Both the position numbers and the translations under genes were made by a program. From Heteronotia binoei (taxonomy: Eukaryota): a DNA stretch of 64,000 bases. This document shows, in pieces, positions 31,430 to 51,199 of this stretch (its first letter is position 1; every line of letters begins with the position of its first letter). The DNA is taken from positions 32,922,001-32,986,000 of the forward strand of contig NC_083239.1 in assembly GCF_032191835.1 (NCBI RefSeq), in the 5' to 3' direction. Under the pieces are notes generated by a model, which saw only the letters and a list, made by a program, of their open reading frames with translations, was not told the origin of the DNA and searched no databases.

Positions 31430-33072
31430 GTACAATGCCATAGATTCCACTCTCCATTTTATCCAGAGGAAATTATCTCTTTAGTGTGGAGATCAATTTT
31501 AATTCCAGGAGAATAATCCAAGCCCAACTGGAGGTTGGGAAAATCCTTAACAAAACCTATCTTTTTTCTATTCCCCCCCCCCACCCCATTTCCCTGGTTG
31601 TGGCCACCTCCTCTAAGGGATGTGTTTGTTCACTGCCCGTTCACTCAACAACTCCACCCCCACCTCTCAAACACTCCCTGGGTCAGCAAAGTCTATGAGT
31701 TCTGGATGATGTTCCAAGAAGAAGGCCTCAAACTTTCTCCCAACTGATGAGTAGAGACCAGAAGGACCACAGTCTTGGTTGCTCATCTAAAGCTGGTTCA
31801 AGGGTGTCATTATCTGAGGCCTAGTGCGGCCTAGGGAAAAGCCTGCCTAGGTGTTGCTAGTGGGCCTACATCTCCCAGGATCCCTTCTGTCCCTCTGATT
31901 GAGTGGCAGAGTTTTTGGAGGGAAAACTAGCCCAAAAGGGGCGGAACCTGCCACAGACAGAGCGTGTTCTCTCTGCTGATGGTGGACTGGAGGAGGTTGC
32001 AGCTGTAGAGAGATTCCTCACTCGAGGGTGAGTGAATTGAATTAGAGAAAGGGAATGTATGTCTACTCAGACACATCAGGGCTTGTATTTGTTTACACCA
32101 ACTTTTTATTACCCGCCTATTGTTTGAGCACCTGTAATAAACTAAGGATAAGGCCTGTTGTGGGGGGAAATACAACAGGTTCTACAAAGAGGCTCTGGGT
32201 GAGTGCCCTTGCTGTCTTGCCACCAGCCTAACTGAAGGCATTAACTCCTCCCCACCTCCAGGGGAGCTGATGTCTGTCGTCTGGAGAGCAAGTCTAATTC
32301 TGAGTGATCTCCAGCCCTCACCTGGAGATTGGCAACAGTGGTTCCTCATGAGGAAATGGCTGGTGTGGAGGGTGGAGTCTATGGCATTGAACCTGTCTGA
32401 GGTCCCATCCCTCCTTAAACCCATCCTCTCCAGGCGCCATCCCTCAAATCTCCAGGAATTTCCCAGCCTGGAGTTGGCAACTACTAAGTCACAATGGCTA
32501 TCATTCAGGGGCTACTGCTGAACAGGAGCAAACGTCCAGGCCTAATTAAGTCATGCCAGTCAGAAGAATAATTGGGGGGGAGGGGCATGACGATGGTCAC
32601 ACAGATGCTGAAGCTCAGTATTCCTTTGCAGCGTGTTGTTACTGCCTTTTCCTGTCATAGATATTCAGCCTTGCGGCTGTTAGCATCAGCATGAGCTTGT
32701 GGCTTGATCTGTGTTTTTTGGCCTGGCATAGTTGTTTTACGGTATACTATTGAGTAGGGGAATTGATCTGACTTCAGGGAAACAATCCCTGTAAAACATT
32801 ATTGGGAGATCTCCTACTTACCCCCTCTCTAATTCTCTAATTATGCTAATCCCTCCAATTAATTGGGAGACATCCCATAGAGGGCCTGAGGAAGCCTTCC
32901 TCAATGGGCTTACATCTTCTCTCGCTCTGATTGGGTGAAAGCAGTTTTGGAGGAAAACTGACCCAAGAAGAGGATGGGACCTGGGAAGAGAGGATAAATA
33001 GGCCTGAGCTGGAGGGAGCTTCAGCAAGAGTTTTTCTCCTCACCTGGAATTGGGATGAGTTAAAATAATGTT

Positions 33073-33372
33073 AAGAGCCCCATGGCGCAGAATGGTAAAG
33101 CTGCAGTACTGCAGTTGGAGCCCTCTGCTCACAACCTTGAGTTCAATCCCCTGTGGAAGCTGGGTTTTCAGGTAGCTGGCTCCAGGTTGACTCAGCCTTC
33201 CATCCTTCTGAGGTTGGTAAAATGAGTACCCAGTTTGCTGGGGGGGAGGGTAGATGACTGGGGAAGACAATGGCAAACCACCTCGTAAAAAAGTCTGCAG
33301 TGAAAACATGAAAGCAACGTCACCCCAGAGTCAAAAACAACTGGTGCTTGCACAGGGGATTACCTTCTTTTT
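33073..33372 (+). mobile_element. Sauria-type SINE
   Basis: Same family as 1052-1345. Confidence 0.8.
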
Positions 33373-33499
33373 TTTACCTTTAATATAATGTTAGTTGAAG
33401 TAGGGAATGCTAAGATGAATGTTAAGATAGTTGTGTTAGGGCTGTTTATTTGATTTCTATCACCTGTACTTTTTTTCACCTTTCACTATCACACCAAAA

Positions 33500-33710
33500 T
33501 TATTGTTTATAACCCACTATTTGTGTGAGAGGACATTTTCAAAGCTAAACATAATAAAGACAAGGCTAAGAACTTCACTGTCTGAGAACTTGGAATCATA
33601 TATGTTGCTATCCATTGAAAAGGAATTGTTAGATGAATTAGATGCAGAAGCAATTATTGACAGATTCACACAATCATCTAGTGAATTCAAACAATTGCTC
33701 TTAATATAGT
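33500..33710 (+). mobile_element. hAT transposase C-terminal dimerization-domain remnant
   Basis: CERTFSKLNIIKTRLRTSLSENLESYMLLSIEKELLDELDAEAIIDRF. Confidence 0.8.
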
Positions 33711-35379
33711 GGACTGCATGAAATATGCCTTTGAACTACCTGTTAATGTGTAAAATGTTCAGAATAAGCAAAGTATTGAAAAATATCCACCATTTATTTA
33801 AAAATAAAAAAAAAATAAAAACTGAATTATGAAAATCTGTATTTACATTTAGTATCTACTGTATAATGCCAGTAATATGTACAATAGATGTACACTGTAA
33901 TTACTAAAAGATATACATTGATTTTGCAAAAAGTTTTAATTGTACCTTTTTCCCACTTATGTATTTTTTGAAAATTTTATTTCTTATAAAAATTAAATGG
34001 TAGCCTTATAGTTGTGGGTGGGCCCCCTTTGCCTCCTGCCTTGGGAGAACCATGAAAAATGTTTTCCATATCTTGAATAAACTTTTGTTGGTCTTAAGGG
34101 TGCCACTGGACTCAAAATTGATTCTACTGCTTCAGACTAACATGGATACATCTCTATGCAGACATTTATAAATGCCATTCATTGTACATGTGAAATATAT
34201 GCAGTGGGCGATTCAACTGAAATCTCCCTGGCTGGCATTTAATCAAATGTATTCTAGCCTCAGTTTTATTTATTTATCAGATTTATATCCCGCCCTCCCC
34301 AATGAAGCTAGTGAAAGTTTTTGGTTGGAAGAATTTAAAGAAATCTTATGAGCCTTTAAGGAGCTGCTGAACTTCCGTTATAGGGTTGCCATCCTCCTGG
34401 AATTACAGTGCAGCTTCAGAATACCAAGATCAGTTCCTTTGGAGAAAAGAGTTGCTTTGGAAGGTAGACTTCATTTGTTGTTTGTCTACCTTCCATCTGC
34501 CTTTCCCTGAGAGGGACCCAAGGCAGGTTACACAAAGCAAGTCAGTACAATCCCCAAAATGGGACATTCAGTAACCAATGCATTAGGATTATAGAAGTCT
34601 GGAACAACCAGGGGATGGGGGGAACCCTCGAGCATAGCATAAGTCTCTGCTGAGGTCCTTCTCCTCCCCAAACCCTGCCCACCTCAAGTTCCACACCCAA
34701 ATCTCCACACATTTCCCAGCCTGGAGCTGGCAACACTACGTTCTGTGTGGCAGGAATGCAGCGCCCCAAAGATGCCCACCTTCTCTGCTTTTTCTGTGCT
34801 TTGGAGTTGACAGGAAGCTCTCTCCCACCACACCCACTTTTAGGGCTTCTCCTTTCCCATTCATCTCCAAACTGACTGGCTCACTTGAGCAGCCCTTCTT
34901 TTGTGGCCCACAGCTGGCTTGGAACAGTTGGCTGCAGTTAATGCAGTTGTGTTCTTCCATCTGCGATGGGACAGAGGGAAGAACATCTCCTGGCAGCCCA
35001 CCTTGGGCTGGCAGGTGGAGCTCAGCACCTTGAGTGACAGTTTGTCATTCAAAAGTTTGCAAAGCAAACTGTCTCGATCAACAAAACAAACAGCAAAGGT
35101 ACACGAGGAGGGGAGAAAAGTGGTGGTGGTGGGGGGGAGACTACAAACACAGACATACACAGGTGGGCTATGTGAGAGCCTTATTCACATTTCCTTTTTT
35201 TTTTTTTCTGTCCAACCATCCCATTTTCTGAGTTGGCTGAACAGCGTAGGGTAGGCTGGGAGCTGTCAACCCTGTGCAGAGTTACTCCCGAACAGCCCCA
35301 TGGAGGTGCAGCCTGGCTGAACTCCACTGTCAGTACTGCTCCTGGGGGAAAGGGCGAAAAGCATTTTCATTCTGTCTGC

Positions 35380-35568
35380 ACTGCAGCATTGAAGGAGTTA
35401 ACCCAAGAGAGCTGTTTGCTAGAGAGGCCGAGCAAGGAGGGGGGCGGAAGCAGGAATGGCCCTTTCCCTTTGGGAGGGGGGGGTTGCTTCTGAAATCCCA
35501 GGAGGGGCTTCAGATGTGTAACAGCGGGCGGGAAGCCGCGCAGTCCGATCCTGAATGACTCCTCACAG
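35380..35568 (+). promoter_or_regulatory. Putative promoter and non-coding exon 1, gene C
   Basis: Paralog-conserved block, GGCGGAAG, donor CACAG|GTAAG. Confidence 0.7.
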
Positions 35569-36019
35569 GTAAGACACAGGGCAGGGGGGAATAAGCTCTT
35601 AACTCTTGGGAAAGAGGGATGCTGGCTGTCATGAATGGATTCAGATGGGCGGCGGTGTTGGTCTGGAGCCCAGAACAACGTTGGAGTCCAGGGGCACCTT
35701 TAAAACACTAACGAAGTTTTATTCAAGGTATAAGTTTTCTCGTGCACGCACCCTGCTTCAGATACGTTGAAGTGGAAGTCACCAGTCCCTACACATAAGT
35801 AGAGAGTGAGGAGCAACACAGGGCTTTTCTTGTAGAAAAAGCCCAGCAGGAACTCATTTGCATATTAGGCCACACCCCTGATGTCAGTATTATTTTACAG
35901 ACGGGTTTTTTTAAGAAAAAGCCCAGCAGGAACTCATTTGCATATTTTCTTCAGGGTGGTTGAGAACCAGAGAGGATTGTGAGGCACTCCAAAGGGATCT
36001 GTTGAGGCTGAGTGAGTAG

Positions 36020-37980
36020 GCGTCAACATGGCAGATGAGGTTCAATGTGCAAAGTAATGCACATTGGGGCCAAAAATCCTAGCTATAAATACAAGATGAT
36101 GGGGTGTGAACTGGCAGAGACTGACCAAGAGAGAGCTCTTGGGGTCATGGTAGATAACTCACTGAAAATGTCAAGACAGTGTGCGATTGCAATAAAAAAA
36201 GGCCAACGCCATACTGGAAATTATTAGGAAGGGAATTGAAAACAAATCAGCCAGTATCATAATGCTCCTGTATAAATCGATGGTGTGGCCTCATTTGGAG
36301 TACTGTGTACAATTCTGGTCATCGCACCTCAAAAAAGATATAGCATTGGAAAAAGTGCAGAAAAGGGCAACTAGAATGATTAAAGGGTTGGAACACCTTC
36401 CCTATGAAGGAAGATTAAAATGCCTGGGGCTCTTTAGCTTGGAGAAACGACTGTGGGGTGTCATGATAGAGGTTTACAAAATTATGCATGGGATAGAGAA
36501 GGTAGAGAAAAAAGTACCATACTTTTCTCCCTTTCTCACAATATGAGAACTTGTGGACATACAATGAAATTGCTGGGCAGTTGAGTTAGAACTGATAAAA
36601 GGAAGTACTTCTTCACCCAATGGGTGATTAACACGTAGAATTCACTGCCACAGGAAGTGGTGGTAGCCTTTTCACCACTTCCTGTGGCAGTGAATGTTAG
36701 ATGAAAAGGATAATTTAAGAAAGAAGGAAGATTTGGAGTCAGCAGGGATAAATCTAGACTCGTGGACAATGACCCAGATTATGAGTAAGTATAATAAAGA
36801 TAAATTATTAGGTTTTACAAAAAGCAATTTTGATTTTGATAAGATACTGTCCACAAGGGAAGATAAAGTAATCAAAAAAGTCTATAATTATATCATTCAA
36901 ATAAAGTTAGAGGACGAAACAGTAAAAGAATCGATGATAAAATGGTCTAAGAATTTGGAAAAAAGTATTAATTTAGAACAATGGTCTCTTTTTTGGAAAC
37001 TTAATTACAAGATTATCAAACCCGTCAATTTTAGAGAAATTTTTTTTTAACTTTTTCATAGATGGTATATTAATCCAGTGCAACTTAATAAAATTAACCA
37101 AGCGATATCACCCAAGTGTTGGAAATGTGGAACATCGCCAGGCACCTTTTACCACTTATGGTGGAGGTGTAAAATATCTAAAAAAATTTGGATAAAAATT
37201 CACAGAATGTTAAAGGAGATATTAAATATAGATCTACAACTTAAACCTGAGATGATGTTATTGTCACTAGTTAGAAACAAAATTCCGCAAGAAGATGAAT
37301 ATTTAACAGTATATATTCTCATGGCGGCAAGAATCATATTTGCCAGACATTGGAGACAAGAGAGATGCCCGGAACAGGTAGAGGTGGTGGATAAGATTTT
37401 ACAAGCCGCAGAAATGGATATCTTATCCAATTTAATGAAAGAGGTGTCGAAAACGGATGTTGACAAAAGATGGGGAAAAATTTATATTTGGTTAAATAAA
37501 AACTAACTGGTGGGTGTAGAAGAATATATATATATACTACTGTTGAAATAGAATGTTAAAATTTTTATACTTTAAGTAGAAGGATTGTTCTAAGTTTTAG
37601 TTTAGCCATAATCTACCTCTTCCAGTATGAATTTCAAGATAACTATTGATGTATCTTTTTTTTTATTATCTCTCTTGCTTTAATGATGTAAATAGTTGGA
37701 AAATTTAATTGAAGTAATAAAATATATATAAAAAGAAAAGGGGAAAAAAAGGAAGTGGTGGCAGCTACAAGCATAGCCAGCTTTAAGAGGGGATTGTATA
37801 AGCATATAGAGCAGAGGTCCATCAGTGACTACTAGCCACAGCATATTGTTGGAACTCTCTGTCCGGGGCAGTGATGCTCTGTATTCTTGGTGCTTGAGGG
37901 GGGCGGGGGGGAGGCACAGGTGGAGGGCTTCTAGCTCCACTGGTGGACCTCCTGATGGCACTTGGGTTTTTTGGCCACTG
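36020..37980 (+). mobile_element. CR1 LINE 3' fragment (36020-36667 and 37750-37980), split by an L1
   Basis: CKVMHIG, LYKSMVWPHLEYCVQFWS, LEKVQKRATRMIKGLE motifs. Confidence 0.9.
36668..37749 (+). mobile_element. 5'-truncated L1/Tx1-like LINE
   Basis: ORF2 C-terminus with CWKC...FYHLWWRC zinc motif, A-rich tail, ~16-bp TSD AGGAAGTGGTGGYAGC. Confidence 0.88.
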
Positions 37981-38359
37981 AAGCTATTAATACAGGGCTC
38001 CAGTTTACACTGAGACACAGCCCCTAGGACAGACTGATTTCCAGTTCATTAAAGCCAAGATCATATAATCTGCAGCACACTTTTAAAGAGCTGAATAAGA
38101 CAGTTTCCTGAAGGACCAAACAGGCATATCGAACAAAGCTTGATATGTAATATAGCACAATGACATTAATCCTGATTTGCAAATTGCAACAGTGATTCTT
38201 CTTTTGATCCACCAGACCAATCCTTTGGTGTCTCTTAACCAGGGTTAGTGATGTAGCTCTCTCTTTTGGTTTCTTTCTGCCTTTTTGATTTTTTTTCCTC
38301 TTCATAGCCATGTGAGTAATAGTACCTTTTCAGAGTTCGAGGCGTCCCAGGGGAAGGAG

Positions 38360-43981
<5,622 letters not shown>

Positions 43982-46130
43982 GAGTGCGTAAAGAGATTCA
44001 GTCAGCGAGGCACTCTTCAATAGCATCTACAAACCCACATGGGGGAGAAGCCCTTTGAATGCTCAGAGTGTGGGAAGAGGTTCCATTACAGTAAGGCTCT
44101 TCAACAAATCAGCGAAACCATACAAGGACAGAAGCCCTTTGAATGCTCAGAGTGTGGGAAGAGACTCAGAGTGGCATTGTTCAGCAGTATTAATGAAACC
44201 ACACAGGAGAAACCCTTTCAATGTTCAGAGTGTGGGAAGTGATTCTTTCATAATAGTGCTCTTCAGAAGTATCTTAGAACCCACATAAAAAGAAACCATA
44301 TGACTACTTAGCCCAGAGTTATCAAACTTGTTTGTTATGAGGGCTGGATCAGACATAGATGTCATTTTGTCAGGCTGGGACATGTATACCATAAGATGTA
44401 CTGTCAAAAACCAGAAATAGAAACTTCAGAAAGGACAGAGACAAATCCAATTATCATTTTGTATACAAACAGCCCAACAATACTTCCTTTATTTAACATT
44501 CTTTTGACAACCGATATCTATCGCTTTGAATTATTGCATCAGAATTTGGAGTTAACATCTGAGGTATAGCAATCCTGAGTATACTGTTTTGTTTTTAATC
44601 TTTAAGCTAAGAATGTACTTTTGATTTATGGATATAAATTATGGATATAAATCACAGACGTATGTTGTCTCAAACATTTTTATTGCGTTATCACCTGGCA
44701 GAGTTACACATAGGAAGCAGGTAATAATGTAAAATACATAACCATATGTGCTTCACCATGATTTGTTCTGCCATGACTGTCACATGCCCAAATGCTGTTC
44801 TCAGGATGCAGATGACAATTTGTGTGATTTGCCGAGACAGTCAAATGGAATGTTAGCAATGCATTATTACATTCTGCAGCCAAATCAAGTTAAGGACCAC
44901 CATTTTCTGTCATGTAAGGTGAAGGACAGGAATGCTGTATTGTCATGTATAAGGCATGCCCAAGAACTGACAGTAATACACAGATTGGAAGCTAGTTGTT
45001 TCCAGGCGGTGGGAAGAGAGGGTGTTTCCATGGGAGGGGGATCCAAACGAAGCATCTTTCTCTGCATTTTGATCCTGCTTTTCCTCCAAGGAGATCAGGG
45101 ACGCATAGTGCAGTTTTGGCTCCTAGCAGAAAGGGGGAGATCAAAATGAAATTCAAATGGATTTCCAAGGACCTGTGATGGGCCCAAGCCCCAAAAGATG
45201 TGCTCAGCTCTTCCAGTCCTGAGAGGGCATAGCTGGCTCAAACTCACTCATGTTAATAAGCAGGGAGACATTTGATTCCAGTTCCCTCTCCACAGTCAGT
45301 ATAACACCAACTGTTCTATGCAAGCGATTCATAGCAGGCAACTTTTAAAAGTTGCCGAAGGAGCCTCCCAGAAACATCCATTTCGGTCATCTTTTGAGGC
45401 ACGCTAAGTATTCCCTTCCCCCTACTCTATCCTCACCCCCAGAGCCATTAGCTTCCCCTGATACAACTTCACTGGTTGCGACACCAATGAATGTATCAGG
45501 TTCTTTGGGTAGGACTCTGCCCAATCATGACCAGGGACGAGAATTCTCCTGGCAAAGCCGGGCATAGCAGGAAGCAAGCCAGCCATGGGGGACGCCCAAC
45601 CCACATGGCCCCAGGCAACTGGAGCATCCTCCTTCCCTACTGGCACCACCTTCTCTACCCTCGGCTTCTGGGGTGGGCCCAGCCTCTGTAGTGCCCTTGC
45701 TCCCTTGGCACCCACGGCTGAGGCTCTGCTTTCCCGAAGTTTCCCCTGGGTGGAGCTGGGAGGGGCAACCAAACCAACCCCTTTCACTGCCATGTGTGTG
45801 AGTGGGTGGGAGGAAGGGTGGAATTGTAGCATTAGATGGCAGAACGACTGACACCTGCTGTCCCGGACTCTGTGGCATGATACCTCATTAAAGTCCCTGC
45901 CGCGCTACCGCCCCCAGGCCTGAGTGCAATATCAGTCAAGAACATACAGGACTAACAACAATCACTCATTGAGTTGCATCGCATGGATCTGTTCCAGTAA
46001 TGGTAAACATTTTCTCACTCTTGTGGTAAAAGAAGCCCAGCTCCAGTGGAAGAGGCCTGTTTAGCTGGAGCAGCAAACATGCACTGGAGGAAGACATCCC
46101 CATTAATGGAATAGAGCTGTGAGAATATCT

Positions 46131-46364
46131 TTTTTTTCATCAAATTTTTATTCACAAAGAGTGTAAAAAAAAATAACATTACAGACAATACAAACAGACC
46201 GAAACATACAATAACATGTAACTTAACAAGAGTGAAGAGAACAGTGCTACCTTGCTGTGCACTCTCTTATATACAACCTCATATTGAGTATAAACAACAA
46301 TATTATCAAAAATGCTACAGCATCATCCCAATAGCATGCTAATCATTTGCTCATTTTCTGGTGG
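46131..46364 (-). mobile_element. Short poly(A)-tailed retroposon fragment (probable L1 3' end)
   Basis: Poly-T at the left end, 17-bp TSD GAGCTGTGAGAATATCT (46114-46130, 46365-46381). Confidence 0.75.
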
Positions 46365-46959
46365 GAGCTGTGAGAATATCTAACCCCTTTAGTTCCAAAT
46401 ATATTTAGTTTTTTCTGTTAGGATTCATTATAATATTAACCAATAGTGGCTGTTCCAGTCACCTTTGGATAACTTATGTTCCTAAGGTATACCACATATT
46501 TTCCGCCTGTGGTAGCATCAGCAGCAGCGCGGGGGGTGGGGACACTGAAGATACATTCACACCTCCCTTTCTTGCCAAACATCACTAATGTGGGGTGGAG
46601 GACTGATAGGGAGTGTTAACCTTTCCTCCCTCAATTCTGTACTATAGGTTTTTCCTACCTAGTTAAAAACTTGCCTTTAGTGAACTCCCCCCCCCCCAAA
46701 AAAAAACCCAAACACTAATCCCTGCTGGGTGGAGGAGGGGACTAACCTACATGAATTCCCTCATGTGAATTCTTCCTTGGGGGTTTTCACTGGACCAGTT
46801 CCTGGCCCCTGTGTTATCTTGGTGAATGTGGGTTTAGGAAATGTTCAACATGGACCCTATGAGTCCAAAGAACCAAGGAAATATGCCCGGTGGTCTTATT
46901 GTGTGGGGTATTTGGTGGTGGGGAATAGAGAAAGACTATCTATTTAGTGGGGGAAGGTG

Positions 46960-47145
46960 CTGATCAAGTTATAGCTGACATGGCAATCCCATAGGTCAGA
47001 CAGACAAACAGGTGGCTTACTATTACCTGCTTTTGCATAGCAACCATGGACTTCCTTGGTGATCTCCTGCCCAAGTACTAACAGGACTTGATCCTGCTTA
47101 GCATTTGAGATCTGATGAGATCGGGCCAGCATGAGCCAACTAGAT
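46960..47145 (-). mobile_element. 5S rRNA-derived SINE
   Basis: Reverse complement of the 5S-like head seen at 23080 and 54215. Confidence 0.65.
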
Positions 47146-48152
47146 CAGGGCTGTATAAAGTTTCTTAAAGAGTATCCTATCCACAGGTGCTATATGGTGC
47201 CCACCAATGTCTTTCCCAATGCCTACTTGTTTCTTCCCAAAATAAATAACTGATTCAGGCTTTCTTCCACATCATTGGATTAGGAAGTGCTTTAGAAGAG
47301 CCTAGAGGTTCTGAACCTCCCAATGGAAAATACAAGTAAAATTAAAGCAAGAATTAGAAGCATTCATGATATTAGACACTGCACATATGATTAGAACCAA
47401 GCTAGCCAAGACACGTGTGGGATGGGTTTAGATGCTGGACTTCCCCATCACAGATTTTTCAGTGATCCAGAAGAGAGAATACGATAACTGGTGACAGCCA
47501 GGAAGGTATCTACATTTTCAGGAGGCCAACTGGATGTAATACACCGGCACAACATAAAAGTGAAGTTTGGAAATAGAAACCCCAATAACAGCAAGGAAGA
47601 GAGAATATGCTGCTTATTTTTTAAAAACAGTGAATGTGTTGGTTTACTGAAAATATTTAACAAATAAAAAGAAATGCAGGTCTTGTTTTCCTACAGAACA
47701 CTCCACTGGGAAAGTGATAAAAGAAAACAGCCACTTGTGGTACCTCATCCTCCTTTACCTAGATTGGGAGGGCTGAAGCAAGAGCAGCCCACCCCCCCCT
47801 CCCACCCCCGGCTGTGCTCTGGAAAATCACTGTGGTCTGAAAGAAGGACGGGAAGACCTTACATGGGACAAGAGATAAGGCCAAGCTGACAGCTCCTTTG
47901 GTCTATACACTTTGCTATTATGATATGTGGAGTGGCTTGATTCCTTTGAGGCACGCTAAGGTTCCCCACAAACTGCACTCATCCCAAAAGCTATCTTCTG
48001 CCTCCTATTCAGCATCTTCATTGGTTATGATGATGATGATTACTATTATTATTACAATTATGATTGTATGGAATTGTGTGTGGAATAGCCAAGAGATCCT
48101 ATGACTGTCTGGCAGCCAAAAGTTCTAGGTCTTTTAGTGTTATCCACTAATA

Positions 48153-48683
48153 CAAGGGTGGGAAACGTCAGGCCTGAGGGCTGTTTACGGCCCTGGAGAT
48201 CACTAGGTCTGGCCCTTGGGGCTTGCTGGGCCGAGCCCCCGCTCTCTCATGGACATTGCGAAGGACTGCTGCTGGGATATGTGGGTGCCTTTAAAGGTCT
48301 GCTGGGAGCAGCCGAAGGGAGGGAGAGGTGGCAGGGGTGGGAGTCAGCTACCACCAGTTCAATTTGCATGTGATTATCCCAGAGGGTGTGGCCTAACATG
48401 TTAATGAGTGTGTGACCTAATATGCTAATATTAGGGGATGTGGTCTAATATGCCTGGACCTAGGCATTTGCCTAGGGTGGTGGGTCAGGGTGTATGTGTG
48501 TGTGCTGAATTAGGCTCTCCGCATGTACTTCAAATAGAAATACAATTATTTGCATTAATTTTGCCGGCCTGAATGGTTCTCCCTTGGCGGAGCACTTTTT
48601 TAAGTTGATAATTTTGTATGGCCTGCGAATGATGTTATAAATATCCAAATGGCCCTTGGAAGAAAAAAGGTTCCCCACCCCTG
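48153..48683. mobile_element. Non-autonomous hAT (Charlie-like)
   Basis: CAAGGGTGGGAAAC...GGTTCCCCACCCCTG, 8-bp TSD CACTAATA. Confidence 0.88.
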
Positions 48684-49083
48684 CACTAATAGGTGGTAAC
48701 TTAAGACATGCTTTTAAGGCAAGAGACATTTTAGAGGTGGCTTGCTATTGCCTGCCTCTGTATCATGAGTCACAGCCCTGGTTTTCCTTCAAGGTCACCA
48801 TTCCAAATAACAAGCTTAGTTTATATGGTTACCGATTGTTTGGGTTTAATTCCGGGTGGGGGTGGGGAGAGAACATAAAAAATTGGAGATTGATGGGCAG
48901 ATGTCTCCTTTTAATTGTCGAATGCTGAAGTAATTAACTAAGACCCTGTTGCCACATGTGGTGGACCAGTCCTGAGTCTGCTAGCTGGCCCCAGCCCTCC
49001 CCAGTATACTGACCTGAAAGGGCTGTTCCACTTTGCTGCCTCAGGATATTCGCTGCCACCACTGTCCCTGTCCGGGGCTCTAG

Positions 49084-49630
49084 TAGGGTTGCCAAGTCCA
49101 ATTCAAGAAATATCTGGGGACTTTGGGGGTGGAGCCAGGAGACTTTAGGGGTGAAGCCACGAGACATTGGGGGTGGAGCCAGGAACAAGAGTGTGACAAG
49201 CACAACTGAACTCCAAGGGAGTTCTGGCCATCACATTTAAATGGACAGCACACCTTTTTAAATGCCTTCCTTCCATAAGAAATAATGAAGGATAGGGGCA
49301 CCTTCTTTTGGGGCTCATAAAATTGGACCTCCTGGTCCAATCCTTTTGAAACTTGGGGGGGGGGGTAATTTGGGGAGTTCCTGCACAACTTTACTTCCTC
49401 TGAAAACAAAAGCAAAACAAAGGGAGGAGCTATTCTCTGACAAAACTGTTACTGACCCTTTCCCATGAAGCGCTTCCTGTTTCCTGCTCAGCTTTAAAGG
49501 CACACATTTCAAAAACGGACCTGTTTGCAGGTTTCTAAACCTGCTGGAGCTCTAAAGGTACATGGTGACTGTGGGGGAAGCCTGTAAAAATGGGGGATCC
49601 TCTGCTGGGACCTGGGTATTGAGAAGCCTA
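49084..49630 (+). mobile_element. Non-autonomous hAT (TAGGGTTGCCAA family, alternative right arm)
   Basis: TSD GGCTCTAG/GGCTCTGG; ends GAGAAGCCTA like the 11667 copy. Confidence 0.85.
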
Positions 49631-51199
49631 GGCTCTGGTTAGGCCAGACAGCCTCCTAACCTCCCTCTGGATTCACTAGGAACCCTGCTCAGGGCTTCCT
49701 ATGGAATTTTGGGGCTCCTCTGAAGAGTTGGCAACCAGCTTTTTCTCCACTTCTCTCCACCCTATGGATTCGCCAACCCACTCTTAGCATTCCAAGCGGT
49801 TGGGGAAACTATGTGATACAAAGGGACTACACTTTAATTTACAGTATTTATTTATTTACAGTATTTATTTACAGACATTTTTAAAAAGTGAACAGAAGAA
49901 ACAAATCATAGTAGGGGGAAAACCCTCCTTCTTTCCCGATTATAATACTTGCCCTAACTAGATGACATGCAGGGCAGGCACTTTACTTGGACTGTTGCAA
50001 GCCTGACCATACCTTCTTCAGACTGTTTCCATATTAACTACCTGACTGCCAACTCTGAGACTGAACTCCAAGACTGAACTGCCCACTACTCAGGGTTTCC
50101 CACCCAAAATCTTTAATATAAATTGCAATTCCCGCCAAGGAACTGGCCTCCCGGCCCTGATTTACCATCCTGATAGCTAGGGATCGGGGTGACATTGGTG
50201 ACATTTTTGACATCCAAGGCACCTATGACATTTATGTCTTGATTTGTGAAATATGCTTCAACCAGGAAATATTGCAGCATTATGGGGGACAGGCCTGAAA
50301 GACTTCCTGTCTCTCTAGGAGACTCCCATAGAATTGTTGGTTTCAGACAGCGGGGGAGGGGGAAAAGACTAGGCCCAAAGTCTGCCTAGAGTTTAATAGA
50401 CTCCTCCAACCAACTCCCATTAAATACAGGCCTAAAATGGTGTTTCTCCACACCATGCCCCATTCATCTCTCAAACTTAACACATGGTCTGTTAATTACT
50501 CTCAGGAGCTTAAAACACTTTCAAAGTATGATGTATTTCTTAGCTGTCTTGGTAGCCCTTATGGGGACGGAGATGGGATCTAACTGGCCTCCCTGCACTG
50601 ATTTACCATCCTGATAGCTAGGGATCGGGGTGACATTGGTGACATTTTTGACATCCAAGGCACCTATGACATTTATGCCTTGATTTGTGAAATATGCTTC
50701 AACCAGGAAATATGCTTCAACTAGGAAAGATCCACACTGCCCTATTTAACTTTTATGTAATGGTTTTAATTGTTTTATCTGTTAACTGTTTTATTGTTGG
50801 ATTTTTAATTGTTCTATTATGTTGTAATCCGCCTTGAGCCTATTATGGGAAAGGGCAGACTATAAATCCACAAAATAAATAAACAAAATCGGAGTTTTGT
50901 AAACAAAAATCAGTTCTCCGCCTGGGAGGCCCAGAAAGGAGTCCCACACACCCCATCAGGAAGGGAGGCATCATTCATGCCAATCGCTCCTTCACATGCC
51001 ATGCGTTTGAGCCCCACCACTACCATCTGACCTTTCCCTGGGTTTCACTGCCTGCCCCTGCTTCTGTTCATCCAGGCGTCCCCTCTGTGCCCTGATCTAG
51101 ACAACCCCTGGCACCACAAGCAATGGCTGCCTTCAGTTCAGACCTTTCCAGTTCTGGGTGCTGCTCCTGGGGAAAACGACTAAAAGCATTTTTCATTCG

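Larger units (their letters stand above)
44310..47300 (+). repeat. Segmentally duplicated 3'-flank block
   Basis: Parts match 29620-30420, 59625-61400 and 9950-11100. Confidence 0.75.
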
